A DNA stretch of 64,000 bases from Chrysomallon squamiferum (Eukaryota > Animalia > Mollusca): assembly GCA_012295275.1 (NCBI GenBank), contig CM022673.1, forward strand, positions 14,756,001 to 14,820,000, given 5' to 3'. Within the stretch, counting starts at the first letter, position 1, and every line of letters begins with the position of its first letter. Position numbers and translations under genes: made by a program. Below are positions 13,027-25,896 of the stretch, piece after piece. The notes below the pieces were generated by a model, which was given only the letters and a program-made list of their open reading frames with translations, was not told the origin of the DNA and ran no database searches.

Positions 13027-14167
13027 TTTTATTATTTTTTTTTTTTTTTGCAGCTTATTAATGAATGTCGAGTCTTCATTGAAAGTTCAGACTTAGTATA
13101 TGAGAAAGTAAGTTAAACTTTTAGTTACTTGCATTTTAAAACTGTCAGTTAAAAATAATTTACCTTGTCATTATCTGATTATGCTGATTATTTCTGCTTT
13201 GTTTTTCATACTAATTTGTCACTGATAGTGTATTAGACAATGTGTTGTTGTTGTTGTAGTTGCTGCACTGTCAGCGAGCAGGGATGGAATGGCATGAAGA
13301 TTTGGAACATTATTGTACTCATGCTGGACTCCGGGGAAAGAAAATCACAAAGGTACAAAGAAACTGATTTACTTGCAAAATCTAAAAACATCAGCTTGAT
13401 GAATGCTTTTTCCTTACACTGCTTTGTTTTCTGTTTTTGTTGAATTTTATTTACACTCTATATGAATAGTTTTTATTTTTGTTACATAATAAACAGGCAG
13501 ATATATAATTTGAAACATTTTTTTTTTTAAATAACATTTTAAAATAAGCATTAAAATAAAAATAAAATCGGCATACACGAGCTGAAAGTTTCCAAACAAC
13601 AGATAAAATACGAGTGTGAAAACAAAAACAGCCTGATTACTATCTTAACATGAAGTTGTTTAATAGTACTGTGTAACTTTGCGTTTGTTTTATGTTTGGA
13701 AAAAAAATATCAAAATAAAACTTTTGTGATTTTTGTCAGGCAATAGAGAATTTTGCTTGGAACATTCGAGTGTTGAAGGGTCAGGCTGACCTTCTGCACC
13801 AGTGTATGAAGGACTGCAGCGAGTACATAAGACAGGTGAGCTTTCCCTCAACCCACCCACCACTCCCATTCTCTCTTCCTTTCTTTGTTTTAATCAGTTA
13901 TTTCAACTCTGTTGCCTGCGACTTGACAAAGCAATACTGTTCTAACTTGATCGTGTTTTGAAATGTTTATTTTATTTTCAGATAAAAGAGGCAGCAGTGT
14001 CCATGGGGCTTTGCAAGGAGAAGCCAGACCAGTGCAATAACCATGAACATCAAGTGGATGATGTCAAGGATGATGTCAAGGACGATGTCAAGGACGATGT
14101 GTTCAAAGTAGATGATGCCCCGACTCACTCTGACAGTGTGCGTCTTTCCTCGGACAGTGTGTCTTGA
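1725..14167 (+). CDS. PLCL: Phospholipase C-like protein (PRIP/PLCL family), 3' portion; the 5' exons lie before the window
   Basis: Phase-consistent GT-AG exons: 1725-1818 (EF-hand, [32 protein letters not shown]), ~3645-3739 (damaged, [11 protein letters not shown]...SHNT), 5278-5363 ([28 protein letters not shown]), 6443-6563 ([23 protein letters not shown]), 6942-7110 ([11 protein letters not shown]...KGKILIK), 7478-7573, 7840-7942, 8566-8745 (Y box, SFSES...[17 protein letters not shown]), 9466-9644, 9763-9901, 10192-10338 and 10741-10838 (C2), 11425-11523, 11920-12105, 12523-12591, 13054-13107, 13260-13352, 13740-13835 ([17 protein letters not shown], the PLCL-type C-terminal region), 13982-14167 (TGA). 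Confidence 0.92.
3730..5090 (+). repeat. Minisatellite (~44-49 bp units, roughly 25-30 copies) made of the PLC exon 3' end plus its splice donor
   Basis: Core CACTACTTTATAGCAAGTTCTCATAATAC|GTGAGT ([10 protein letters not shown] followed by a GT donor), alternating with the linkers ATTTCATTTACAA(C/T) or AAACTGACAGT. Confidence 0.9.
6600..6970 (+). repeat. 55-bp tandem repeat containing the splice acceptor and the start of a PLC exon
   Basis: Unit TTAATGTTACAG|GTATCCTGTGATAATCTCTATAGAGAACAATTTGTTTTTGTAA. The AG ends at 6721, 6776, 6831, 6886 and 6941; two degenerate copies lie upstream. Confidence 0.9.
11170..11452 (+). repeat. 48-bp tandem repeat containing the splice acceptor and exon start, in frame
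   Basis: Unit AATGTTAAATCTGATTGTTCAG|GGTTCAAAGAGAGGGATCTCTATAAA. The AG ends at 11280, 11328, 11376 and 11424. ORF 11227-11532 reads through the copies. Confidence 0.9.
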
Positions 14168-14699
14168 TGCAAAATTTAAACACTTAGTAGAATGAATGTA
14201 ATCACGTTAACACTCACACACACACACAGCAGACTAGTCACAGTGTGTTACTTTTTCACAGCAGATTTACACGTGTGTGATCATCTTGTGTTTTTGTTTC
14301 TTTAAGGTAAAAAAAAAAGTGTGACGGCTGACGTAAAGAACAATTATTGCTCAGATCTCATCTGCTGCAAAGAGAGAACGTCGAAGCAGGCAGCATCCTT
14401 AACCTCAGTGGCCGATGCAGCGAAGAACTGAATCAGCAGAGTACCTGTTCTACACAACAGCTCAATACAGCTTTATGTGTGTCAGCTACTACAATGTCAT
14501 ACTGAATTTAGTCTTAGGTTGCAACACCAGATCCAGTTTTAATACGCAACTACTACGCATATGACACTAAATTGTTACTACCACTGCAACTACTACTACT
14601 ACATCATACAAAATTGAATTCAACTTTTAGACAGGAACCTGTCATGAGTTAAAGAGTTGAGGCCAGAAAAATTTACTGTCAGTTTACTGTCAGAACTGA

Positions 14700-14925
14700 A
14701 ATTAGTTTACAGTTAGACTGAAATGTAGAAAACAGTTTAGAGTGAGAATGAAGAGTTGAAAACAGTTTACTGTGAGAATGAAGTGTTGAAAACAGTTTAC
14801 TGTGAGTATGAAGAGTTGAAAACAGTTTACTGTGAGAATGAAGTGTTGAAAACAGTTTACTATGAGTATGAAGAGTTGAAAACAGTTTACTTTGAGAATG
14901 AAGAGTTGAAAACAGTTTACTATCA
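14700..14925. repeat. 30-bp tandem repeat downstream of the PLCL stop codon (probable 3' UTR)
   Basis: GAAAACAGTTTACTGTGAG(A/T)ATGAAG(A/T)GTT, about 7 copies. Confidence 0.85.
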
Positions 14926-15019
14926 GATACATTTTAAACATTGGCTCTGACATTTGTTTTCTATCAGATACATTTTAAACATTGGCTGAGATTTGTTTTG
15001 ACAGAACAAGACTGCATTT

Positions 15020-15730
15020 ACAAGAATAGGGTTGAGATGTTATGGGGTGGATAGAACATGAATGGGATGATATTACTAGTTACAAGAATGGGGTTGATAG
15101 TTACTTGTTACATGAATGGGATGATAGTTACAGGAATGGGGTGGATAGTTACTAATTACATGAATGGGATGATACTTGTTACAGGAATGGGGTGGATAGT
15201 TGTTACAGGAATGGGGTGGATAGTTACTTGTTCCAGGAATGGGGGGGATAGTTACTTGTTCCAGGAATGGGGTGGATAGTTACTAATTACAGGAATGGGG
15301 TGGATAGTTACTAATTACAGGAATGGGGTGGATAGTTACTTGTTACAGGAATGGGGTGGATAGTTACTTGTTACAGGAATGGGATGATAGTTACTTTTTA
15401 CAGGAATGGGGTGGATAGTTACTTGTTACATGAATGGGATGATAGTTACTTGTTACAGGAATGGGGTGGATAGTTACTTGTTACAGGAATGGGGTGGATA
15501 GTTACTTGTTACATGAATGGGGTGGATAGTTACTTGTTACAGGAATGGGGTGGATAGTTACTTGTTACAGGAATGGGGTGGATAGTTACTTGTTATAGGA
15601 ATGGGGTGGATAGTTGCTTGTTACAGGAATGGGGTGGGTAGTTACTTGTTACAGGAATGGGGTGGATAGTTACTTGTTACAAGAATGGGGTGGGTAGTTA
15701 CTTGTTACAGGAATGGGGTGGGTAGTTTCA
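15020..15730. repeat. 28-bp G-rich minisatellite (probable PLCL 3' UTR)
   Basis: GTTACAGGAATGGGGTGGATAGTTACTT, more than 20 copies. Confidence 0.9.
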
Positions 15731-16228
15731 GTTTTTGAATTACTTGGTAGGTCCAGATGGAGTGGAGGGCTAATAAAAATGTTGAGGAAACCAAATTCAT
15801 TTTGCTTTTAGACAGTAGTGTGATGCAATACTTAATACAGTATATTTTGTACTAATATGCAAATATGGTCCTAGCCTTCATATTATTTAGTGTCCACAGT
15901 AACAAGGGACAATTGTCAGCCTGTGGTTGGTTTAATCTCAATGAAAATTTAAATCAATCCCAGAAATTTTTTCCATGGTGACTGAGAATTGGTGAATAGT
16001 TTGTAGCTTTTTTTTTTTCCCATCTTTTTTTTTTTCTTTCTTTCTTTCATTTTAATTTTTTTTTTTTTTTTTTTTTCCCCTTCCTTTAGACATTCTGTAA
16101 ATATTGTATTGTTAAGTTTATTTTATTTAGTATGTTGCTGTGGTAACCAGAGGATGTGTTTGGGTGTTTCTATGTTGGTTTCCCTGGTGGCAGATGTGTG
16201 TGAAAGGCAAAACCTGCTGGTCAGGCTG

Positions 16229-16268
<40 letters not shown>

Positions 16269-19200
16269 TATTATTATTGCTGTTTTAAACAGCAGTGTAT
16301 GTTGAGTGTTAAATAATATATCTGAGAACTTAGATGTCTGTGTTAACGTGTTACAAGTCTAATATACAAGTTTGTTAATATATATATATATATATATATA
16401 TAGAAGTGTTACATAATTACATAAATGTGTTTAGATAGACATAAAATGAGCAGTGTAAATTGATATGCAGTCTTGTTTTAATTTAACTCAGTTTTATTTT
16501 ACTTTGGTACTTTTATTTTTATTTTTATGATTTTTGCCTTGGTATTTTTCAGAGTGTAACTGATATGTTTTTACGAGTTGCTCATTTGTTATGTTGTCAT
16601 TGTTTGTTTTTTTTGTGTTTGACTGGTTAAAAATGAGAAAATTTGTCTCCGAGCCCTGATCATGTTTTCAAGGAACAAATTTTATATATTCTTCTAAAAC
16701 CCATTAATTTAACATGTGAGAAATGTATCTGAAATTACTTACATTGTGAAAGAGATGACTATAATCCAAGAAATCCAAACACTGTGTGAAAACTGTTTTC
16801 TGTAAATATTTGTTTTTGTTTGTGTGTTGACAGTGTTACACATTTTTGTGATATTGTATTAATACTAAAAAGTGATAAAATTGTATTTATTTATATAGAT
16901 AATTAATTAAATTATATATTTTTTTCTTCCTTTTATTTTTTTTCCCTCCATATTTCTTAAAAACTGAGGACAAATAAATAAATAAAATGATACAAAAAGA
17001 AAAGTTGCAAAAGCTTAAAAACGCTGTAACGTTATCTGTATGTAGAGAACAGTAACTTATTGTAGATGATGTTGGTGTGAATGTAGTCGTGGCAGTGACG
17101 TTGATGTAGCAGTATTTCTCCACAGCTTCACCAGTGTCTTTCAAGATGTCCTTCCTCCACAGAGCAGATTTCTTTTCTAATTCATAACTAAATTACTAAT
17201 TTTCCTCCTTTCTATTCATTCTTTTGTTTTTCTTTGTAATAATAGTCTACAAGCAGATTCCATTTTCCATTAACTGTCCATTGAAAAGACTTCAGATTAT
17301 TAAAATCAGTCATCTATAAACAAGCCACACTGATTACATTTCATTAACAAAACAATAATTAACATTTATCATAAAATCTTTCCATTATTTATTACTTTGA
17401 TCTGCTTGTTCATAAATGTGTATCAAACATAAAAATAAATAAATAAATAAATATTCATTTGTATTCTCATTTGCTTTTACTCCAGTTTTTATCTCTTATA
17501 ATTCTTTGTTAGTTTCTTAGCAGTTTCTGTATGATGATTTGAAATCAAAATTTTAGTGAAAAAAGAAATAGTTCTCATTTTTCTACAATTTTTAAATGAT
17601 TATTTGAATTAGTAATTGCAAGCAAGATTAACATGACAGTATTTAAACACATTTGAAAATCATGAAATCAAGAAAAAATTAAATGTGAAATTAAAAAACA
17701 AAAACTGATTTGTATCGAGTACAAATTATAAAACACTATATGATTAATAAATAAATATTTAAAATAAACATTAGATTCTTACTGGATCAGTCCAGAATGG
17801 TTACCACTTCATTATTACTGGATCAATCTGGTATTCTGTAACAATTTGTTACCACTTGGTCAATCCAGTATTCTGTAATCAGTTAGTTCCATGTTCTACA
17901 ATCTGTTTGAATCACTGTCCAGTATTGTTTGGACACCTGATAGTTAGCTCCTGTAACCTGTGACTTAGAGGGTTTATGTTTCTAGTTCTGCTGGCTTTTT
18001 TTTTTTTTTTTTGGGTTTTTTAGCCTTACTGTGAATATCTAAAACTAAGAAAACTTCTCAGCTCAATAGAACAGTCTTCTGTTTCTTACAGTAAATACTA
18101 AGTGTGACATCACTAGTAAAGCCAGATAGTTAAGTGTGTTTCTAAGTTACTGAGAGGTCACTGGACTGTCTAGCAAATAACTGAGTTTAGTGCAAGTACA
18201 CTAAATCCATCGTTTGTATTCTGCATACTCAACTACGTGGTGACAGCAAAGTGATCAGAATGTAATTTGTGTGACTGACTGTTATAGAGGTGTGTTCTGT
18301 GTGTGAGTAGATGTGTTTCTAGTCCGTGTGTCAGATCTGTGTGACACTGCCCAGCACATACAGTGCTCTTGTTACTAATACCAGTTTTATTCAACCATTG
18401 TTATCACTGTTGACAAACTATCTGTTAAATAAACCATTTTTACATAACATTATCCTTTGTCTTCTTCTATTTTTTTAAATTATAAACAAGATTTATATTA
18501 ATTTTACTGTCATATGCTGTGTATTTTAATATTAATCACACAGACCAGAGACTTACAAACTTTAAGCAGTTAGACAGAGAATATGGTAAAAAGATTGTGA
18601 AAGATATCAAGTGACAAATTGTTATTTATTATCTGGAAAATAATCTGAAAAGTGATAGAGGAATGGTTGCAAACAAAACAGTATAGTGACATGCTAAAAT
18701 TACTTACAGACAAAATGCAATTTAGTGATAAACAATTACAAATAATATGTAATGCAACAGCACTCTTGAATTACATAAAAGCAAAATGTAATATAGCAGA
18801 TGTATTTTTTTTAAAATTGGGGATTTTCTCTTGCGGAAAAAGCTGCTAATTTTGTTCAAGGTATAAACTTAAATCTGTGCACTATTCAGACTTTATATGT
18901 AATATATATGCCAAGCTTCATAAACCAAACATAAGAGAGAGAGAGAGAGAGGGGTATTTCCTTGTTGAAAAATGAATCGGATACAATTAAAAATCATGTT
19001 TACATAATCACTGAGACACCCTGCAATTATATAACTGTTTTGAAGTATTAAAATTGTACTTCCACTAATATTTTTCAGTTACTGGTTACTATTCTTAGAT
19101 ATCAATTGAATGAAGGGAGGCCTTAGCAGAATAAAACTAGTATATTTTTCATCCCATGATGCTAAACAATAAAGATTGAAATTTTTTTTTTTAAATAAAC

Positions 19201-19943
19201 TGTTTTAATTCTCAACTCTCTAAACGAGATTCATGCATGCTGATTTTGTTGTTGCATGCAAAAACTGAACAGTATCTAAAATAATTTTTAAGTAACAGCA
19301 GATTATTTGTTATTTTATAAACCAGCAATTGAACACTAAAGAAATAGCAAAACAAAAATAGTTTTGTCCCAATGTGTTCATAGGCAGCAAAACAAAATAC
19401 TCAGGGATAGTTCCTTTACAGAATTTAATATATATGTGTGTGTGTGTATGCAAGATTCAGAATCTCACTTTCCAAACATATAACTAGAGAGAACAAAGAA
19501 AACTGATGCAACCTTTTTTAGGGTTGTTTATTTAAAATCCATGAAGAAATTAAATACAGTGTATAAAACATAATATTGCAATACAAAAGTAATTCCGAGG
19601 ATAAAATTTTTTTTATTAAATATTCAGGTATGCATGTGTAAACAGTTTGATAATTGACAGAAGAGTTAAGGTGATGATCTGAAGTATTGTAGGTAATTTG
19701 GATGTGTTTTATTACACCATGTAAACCTATGTTATAATTTAAACAATTTTTTTCTTTTTATAGTTTTTTTTTTCTTAAGATATTTATGTGTGTGCCTGTG
19801 TATGTGTGTATATGTGCGTGTATATGTGGGTGTGGGTGTGTGTGTGTGTGTGTGTGTGTGTCAATCAGAAGTGGTAATATGGCGTCATGTTTTACACAGA
19901 TGTTCAGTTCTCTTCAGCAAGAATAAAAACACGTCTAAGAGAA

Positions 19944-19991
<48 letters not shown>

Positions 19992-20178
19992 TATTCTGTT
20001 AGATAATAATCGGTTAATGAAGCAAGGTTCAACTCAAGTCGTGACTTTGTATAATACACGACAAACATCTCCATTTACTGTGTGTACAGGATAATAACCT
20101 GGAGTAATGTTAATATTAAACTGTTTCAATATCATTCGGTTGTCGTTATTACTATTATTATACATTTAGTAGTAGTAA

Positions 20179-20212
<34 letters not shown>

Positions 20213-20375
20213 TACAAAAACCCATAAAGATTTCCGAAACATTTCAGCTGATCGGCCGATATAAACCAAATACTCTCATGATACTCCCTTTCACATGACA
20301 TTATGAGAACATTTTCTGTTTAATAATGGAATAAATGTGATGCTCTTTCGGATCCGCCGAATATAATATTGGTAA

Positions 20376-20936
20376 TTATGTCAATGAGCATGCGCAACCA
20401 ACGGAAACTGTTTCCCATGCATATCTGTAAGAAAACACTCCGTTATTGCATCCTGCTCGTCTCAGAACCTGGGTGTGGCTCCATATTTTCTTACATTCAA
20501 AGTTACCCGCATAATCGCTAGGTAATTCGTCTATAAACAAACACGATGAGCACGTACATTCAGCTTGTATAATATCGTGAGGAATTCGGCCTGGATCGTG
20601 TTCCAGGACGAAGTAAGATGGACAAAGGTTACCGCGAGGAATACTTTCAGAAAGCTGTGTCTTGTGACAGCTCCTCTGTCCGTGTAGAACGTATCGCAGT
20701 CTTGTTGTAGTGTTCATATAGCCATTAGAACGTTTTATAAATTTTGTCATTTGGTGAATGTTGAAGAAACTGTTATGCAGTTCCGGGGATCCCGCGATGT
20801 AATTCGGAAGCTGTCGTCTCAGTTCGTCTGTGTCCGGCTCAATGCACGTGTCTGTGACCTCATTTCCTTTAACAAATATGACGTTTAATTTGTATAAAAT
20901 CAGGCTGAATAAATGCACATTAAATGGAAATTTCAT
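20376..20936 (-). CDS. IL17: Interleukin-17 family cytokine, 186 aa, secreted
   Basis: Hydrophobic N-terminus and cystine-knot IL-17 motifs: LCPSYFVLEHDPGRIPHDIIQAECTCSSC...ECKKIW...VLRR...WETVSVGCAC. A splice acceptor (TTTCTTTCAG) lies 6 nt before the ATG. Confidence 0.93.
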   Translation of the reverse strand: MKFPFNVHLFSLILYKLNVIFVKGNEVTDTCIEPDTDELRRQLPNYIAGSPELHNSFFNIHQMTKFIKRSNGYMNTTTRLRYVLHGQRSCHKTQLSESIPRGNLCPSYFVLEHDPGRIPHDIIQAECTCSSCLFIDELPSDYAGNFECKKIWSHTQVLRRAGCNNGVFSYRYAWETVSVGCACSLT

Positions 20937-21158
20937 CGTATGCTGAAAGAAAACGAGTATATAAAAAAATAATAATAAATAACTGAGAGCAAATAATTAA
21001 ATTTAATATGTTCAGCTATTAATGGTGTTTAACAGAATAGTGCCGTCATCCATTTTGAAATAATAATTCAGACCATCACCCCGAACAACAACATATAGCA
21101 TAACCTGTCTACTCATACATTAGTGAATAATCTTCAGTGTTTAAGTTAACTCAGACTG

Positions 21159-21694
21159 GGGCCATGTTCCCGAAGATGTCTGACGTTAGATCATAACGTC
21201 GTCGTAAAACGACAACATAACGACTGAATTATCAACTGTTAGACAAAAGTGTTGATTACTTGTCGCTACGATGTCACAGTTGTTATTTTGTTTACTACCC
21301 ATGAGATGTTCGTTTCGTGCAATGCCTGCGCACGTGCATGATTTTGAATACCAAATGTATTTATTTATATATATTTTCTTGACTACATTGTACTTTATTA
21401 CAGAAAATTATATTCATATTAAAACTAAGTACATGATTTATGTTAAAACTTACATGCAATAACAAATTTGAATAAACATTTTCTAAATATTGGTATCATA
21501 ACAATGAAAGGCTTTGTATTCTCTGTTAATTGTTTTCTAATTTTGCTTTTGAGCTAATTCTGGGAATACAGCCTGGAATTATTTTTCATTGTCGACTGTC
21601 TTTTCATTGTTATCACTCATCCTTTTATTAAAACTATTCTAAATCGGTTACGTAACAAGATTAAGTGGATATTTCTTTGTTACATATTTAATTG

Positions 21695-21764
<70 letters not shown>

Positions 21765-22382
21765 GTTTGGTTTATGAAGCTTGGCATATATATTACATAT
21801 AAAATTTCTTACTGTGTTTGTAGATCTGATTATGAATTGTGTGTTTCTGTCAACTGTCACTTTGTCAGATTTTAATCAATGTGTATTTATCAAACGGGTT
21901 TGTTGTTCAACGTGTAATGTTGCCTCATAAACCTCCCATTCAGAAAGACAATTTGCCTGAATATCATTTAATCTAAAATGTCAGAAACTTTATTTTAGTA
22001 AATGCATTATAAATAATTATATATCATCATGCGCAGAATTTTATAAAGAACAACATAGTCAAAACTGCATGTTCCTAGGTACATTTGGTCGAAAATTATA
22101 GCTATTTTTCCTATATCCGTTTGAACTAATAGTTTTTACCAAGTAACCATGGCTAACAAACTCAAGAAGTACATGTCTTTTTATGTAGTATGCAGAATGC
22201 ATAGTGCATATTGTGTTTGGTTACGACATACCTTTAATAAACGACGGGTTTGGACCTGTTGTTATTAATATGACAATGTCGCAGGCTAACAACTTCATAA
22301 CGACACCTCCGATGTTGAACATTTTGTCAACGACATGTTAACGATATCGTTATACGTAACGACAGCCTCGGGAACACGGCCA
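21159..22382. mobile_element. Non-autonomous DNA transposon (PIF/Harbinger-like) in the IL-17 5' intron
   Basis: Imperfect terminal inverted repeats GGGCCATGTTCCCGAAGATGTC / GACAGCCTCGGGAACACGGCCA, with CTG on both flanks (3-bp target duplication). The superfamily is inferred from the CWG target. Confidence 0.6.
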
Positions 22383-23100
22383 CTGATACCAGTCAATCAA
22401 AGCTTACAAGATAGATTAGAAACTACTGTGGTGACAGTGTGGCGATGGAAGACGATAGAAGTTACTGTATATACTTCTTACTCTGTTATTTATTACGTTT
22501 TCTCAAAATAAATTAGGTCTTTTATATCTGTTGTTTTATTAGACAGTTTTAATTATCATATTAATTGATCTTGTTTAATTATTTAAGACAAAAAGATAGT
22601 AATAGTAACAATAGTAATACTAATAGTAATAATAATAATAATTATTATTATTATTATTAATAACAACAACTATAATAATAATAGCTTTTAGTATTATTAC
22701 CATTTTATTCGATTTCCTTTATGTATATACACGCACAGTTTCTTCTATTGCATATATAAATGAATTCTAGGCCACAATTTATGCAGATACATGCACCTTT
22801 CACTCTTCTCACTTGCATACAGTTGTACATACATGAATTCTCTAAAACATATACACACACATACTCACATAAACAAACACATACACGCACACACACAAAC
22901 ACTTGAACGATTCTGTTACGACAGCTCTAACTGAACATTTCGCAACTTTAAAGTAGAAAATTTACGGATGGATAATTTTAATCTCTATAAGCTTTAACGT
23001 AGCTTATTCTACTTTTATTTATGAGTTACACGCGTACAGCTACACCTGACAACTCGTGATTACAAATATATGTCATAATTATTTTTTTTTATATACTTAC

Positions 23101-23230
23101 CTTTGCGTTGCACGTGTCGGCGTAAGGAGATTATTTGTACTGCTAGCGAGAATTCAAACCAGGAACTAATAAAGAAACTTCCTAGTCACTGACTGAGTCG
23201 TGTAAACAGGGGTGAGGTCATTATATATTT
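23101..23230 (-). promoter_or_regulatory. Probable IL-17 core promoter and non-coding first exon
   Basis: Minus-strand TATATAA at ~23221-23227, an Inr-like TCAGTC about 25-30 nt downstream, and an ATG-free exon ending in AAG|GTAAGT at 23101/23100. Confidence 0.6.
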
Positions 23231-23395
23231 AAATCAACATTGTACTGTTGTTGTACATGAATAACGAATCTATCTTAACACTGACATTTCCATTTCGCTG
23301 ACTTTGTTTTCAGTATTTGTACGGTTATTATTTACTATTTAAAAATACGACAACAATCATGACTTTGCAGAATGTCTCCGCAAACCTTAAGCGCT

Positions 23396-23439
<44 letters not shown>

Positions 23440-23454
<15 letters not shown>

Positions 23455-23825
23455 TGTGGGTGTGTATGTATGTGTAATAATTGTTCTCTTTTTATTCTTT
23501 TTTTAATTCAGTTTGTTACTAGTTGTAATTTACAGTTTGCAAATTTAGTTGTCACTGCACTTATAATATATATATATATATATAACACGGATATGATAAT
23601 TGTTTATCAGTTCTCATCATATTTATTTATGAATGTATGTGTGTGGGTGGGTGTGTATGTGTAATAATTGTTTTCTTTTTATTCTTTTTTTAATTCAGTT
23701 TGTTACTAGTTGTAATTTACAGTTTGTAAATTTAAGTTGTCACTGCACTTATAATATATATATATATATATATAACACGGTTATAATAATTGTTTATCAT
23801 TTCACATCATATTTATTTGTTCCAT
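23440..23825. repeat. Local direct duplication (~190 bp, two copies) between the IL-17 and IDO promoters
   Basis: GTATGTGTAATAATTGTT...GTTTGTTACTAGTTGTAATTTACAGTTTG...CACTGCACTTATAATATA...ACACGG...CATCATATTTATTT occurs twice. Confidence 0.8.
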
Positions 23826-24193
23826 CGTATTTGTACTTGCTTCTGAAGCTGGTTTATCGAATGTACTTTTTTTTTTTTTTTTTTTTTTTTCTGAAAGTTT
23901 AAGCGTGATGAAGGGTCCTGTTTTTATGCTATTGAAAACCAATGTCAATGTTTCTGTATGTTTTTACAATAGAGAATAATTATATACGATTCGGTATAGT
24001 TCGACTCGTTCCCTTTCAAGTCAGGCGCCTTTTTAATACTGTTACATGATGTAAATCTGAATGTCACTTACTCTAGTTTTTTACGGAATGTAACGAAATA
24101 TACCGAAGTCCTGAGGGTTCTATAAAGAAGAATAAAAGTAGCTCGCTTTTTTGATAAAGGAAAGTCTGAAGTTATTTTATCTGACGAAGTGAC

Positions 24194-24265
24194 ATGGCAA
24201 AACAGATTCTAATGGAGGATTACGGGGTCTCCAAGACGACCGGTTTTTTGTTAACAGACGTTGTG
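24194..24265 (+). CDS. IDO: Exon 1 of the IDO-family / IDO-like myoglobin gene
   Basis: TATAAAG at 24121. ATG at 24194 encodes MAKQILMEDYGVSKTTGFLLTDVV, followed by GTGAGT (phase 0). This matches the IDO-family N-terminal motif Y-x-[VI]-S-x3-GF and is phase-compatible with exon 2 at 49970. Confidence 0.85.
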
Positions 24266-25678
24266 GTGAGTACTAAACTATAAAAACACTGTAATTAAAG
24301 TTGGACCGTAAACCATCCGATTATATACGTTTATCAGTTGCCACCGAGTCACGCTAAATACACTATAATATTATCCCTATATGTTTATTTAAGATTATGA
24401 AGTTTATTTAGAAATTTTATTTATGGTGCAGTGTGGAAATATTTATTTACAAATGCATCGTATAATTTACAACTTAGGTGTTATTAATTTATTTTTTATT
24501 TTATTTTATTTTACTGTAAATGTTTGTTTACAAATCTGGATTTGTCACTGTAGCCTGTTTATGTACGAAACAAAAACAACAACAAACAAACAAATCTAAC
24601 AAGTTACATTTACTAGGTCTTTGTCTGTTTATGTTCAGAAAAAAAAAAAAAATACAAGTTATATTTATTAAGTCAAGCATGCTGAGATGTTTGTCGCCGT
24701 TTGTTTTACTCAGTTTCGGAGGGTTATTCTATGAAGCAGACGAGAATCTGTTTTAGGAAGCTACCTCAAATTTGATTCGTAAACCGAGTTTAAAATGCAG
24801 TCACTTTAAATATACATTCACGGAGATGTAAGCGTTATGTATGTGAAAGCAGTTAGCAATTACATTTTTTTTTTTTTTTTTTACATCCGTCGTTGTTTGT
24901 TTGTCGGCGTTTAGCATGAACCCGAGTTCACAAAAGTTCTTTTGTAATATCAAGGCCACGTTCAAGGATAACGCACGCGTCGGTTCAACGATATCAGGGG
25001 TGTTGCAACTGTGTTGGATTAAAGTTTTAAGATTAATTTTATTTTATTATTATTAAGAAGAAGAAAAAACCAGCGTCTGTCGAGGAAGAAATAAAGAAAA
25101 AAGGCGCGAGAGGAGAATGGTCCTTCTCCCGTATATATCTGATTATCAGTTGCCATTAAGTACTTTAAATAAACTGCCCCCTCATAGGTCAAAAAGTATA
25201 GACCCGCTACTGAGTTCAGTACTACACCATTCAGTATTCTTGCAGTCATGCTTATTTTGACAACCAGCGTATTTAGTATCTACTAATATTCAGATGGACA
25301 TACCTTCTTTTAACTATTTTTTTATTGTATTTATTTATTTATTTATTTTTATTATTATTTAAGCGTGACGGCTCACAGTGGAGAATAACATAGAGTTTAT
25401 GGAAGGTAAAATCAGTTGAACAAAGAAAAATTTGTGTCAGCGGCTGTAAAAACAGAATTGTTTTGTAATTGCGTTTTAAGCATTTTATGTGAATTCTCTA
25501 TAGATTACATCAGTTATATATGTATATTAACGTCAATTATTTCCCTTTGTTAGGAATGTATTTATTTGTGTCTGACAGAAACAATGTAATTAATATTATT
25601 AATAATTATAACAAACATTTTGTTAGTTCATTTTGTATTTATTTTGTTATTATTATTATCATCATCATCATCATCATC

Positions 25679-25733
<55 letters not shown>

Positions 25734-25896
25734 GATAGCTTGCTTATGTGAAAGGTATTTATAAACAAAATTAATTAATAATCATTATCTCGTTTATATA
25801 ATCTAGGCCAGATTATGCAAATGAACCGATCTGAATATATCGGAAGTGTAAATTCTTTTTTTTGGTTTACCGAAATCATGATAAATAAGAAATATA

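Noticed and set aside
14702-14953. Repetitive ORFs on both strands (VNCFQLFILT / KTVYCENEVL)
   Set aside because: Products of a 30-bp tandem repeat downstream of the PLCL stop, with no splice or promoter support.
25019-25249. 76-aa minus-strand ORF near IDO exon 1
   Set aside because: No recognisable domain; it runs into low-complexity sequence and is probably a repeat fragment.
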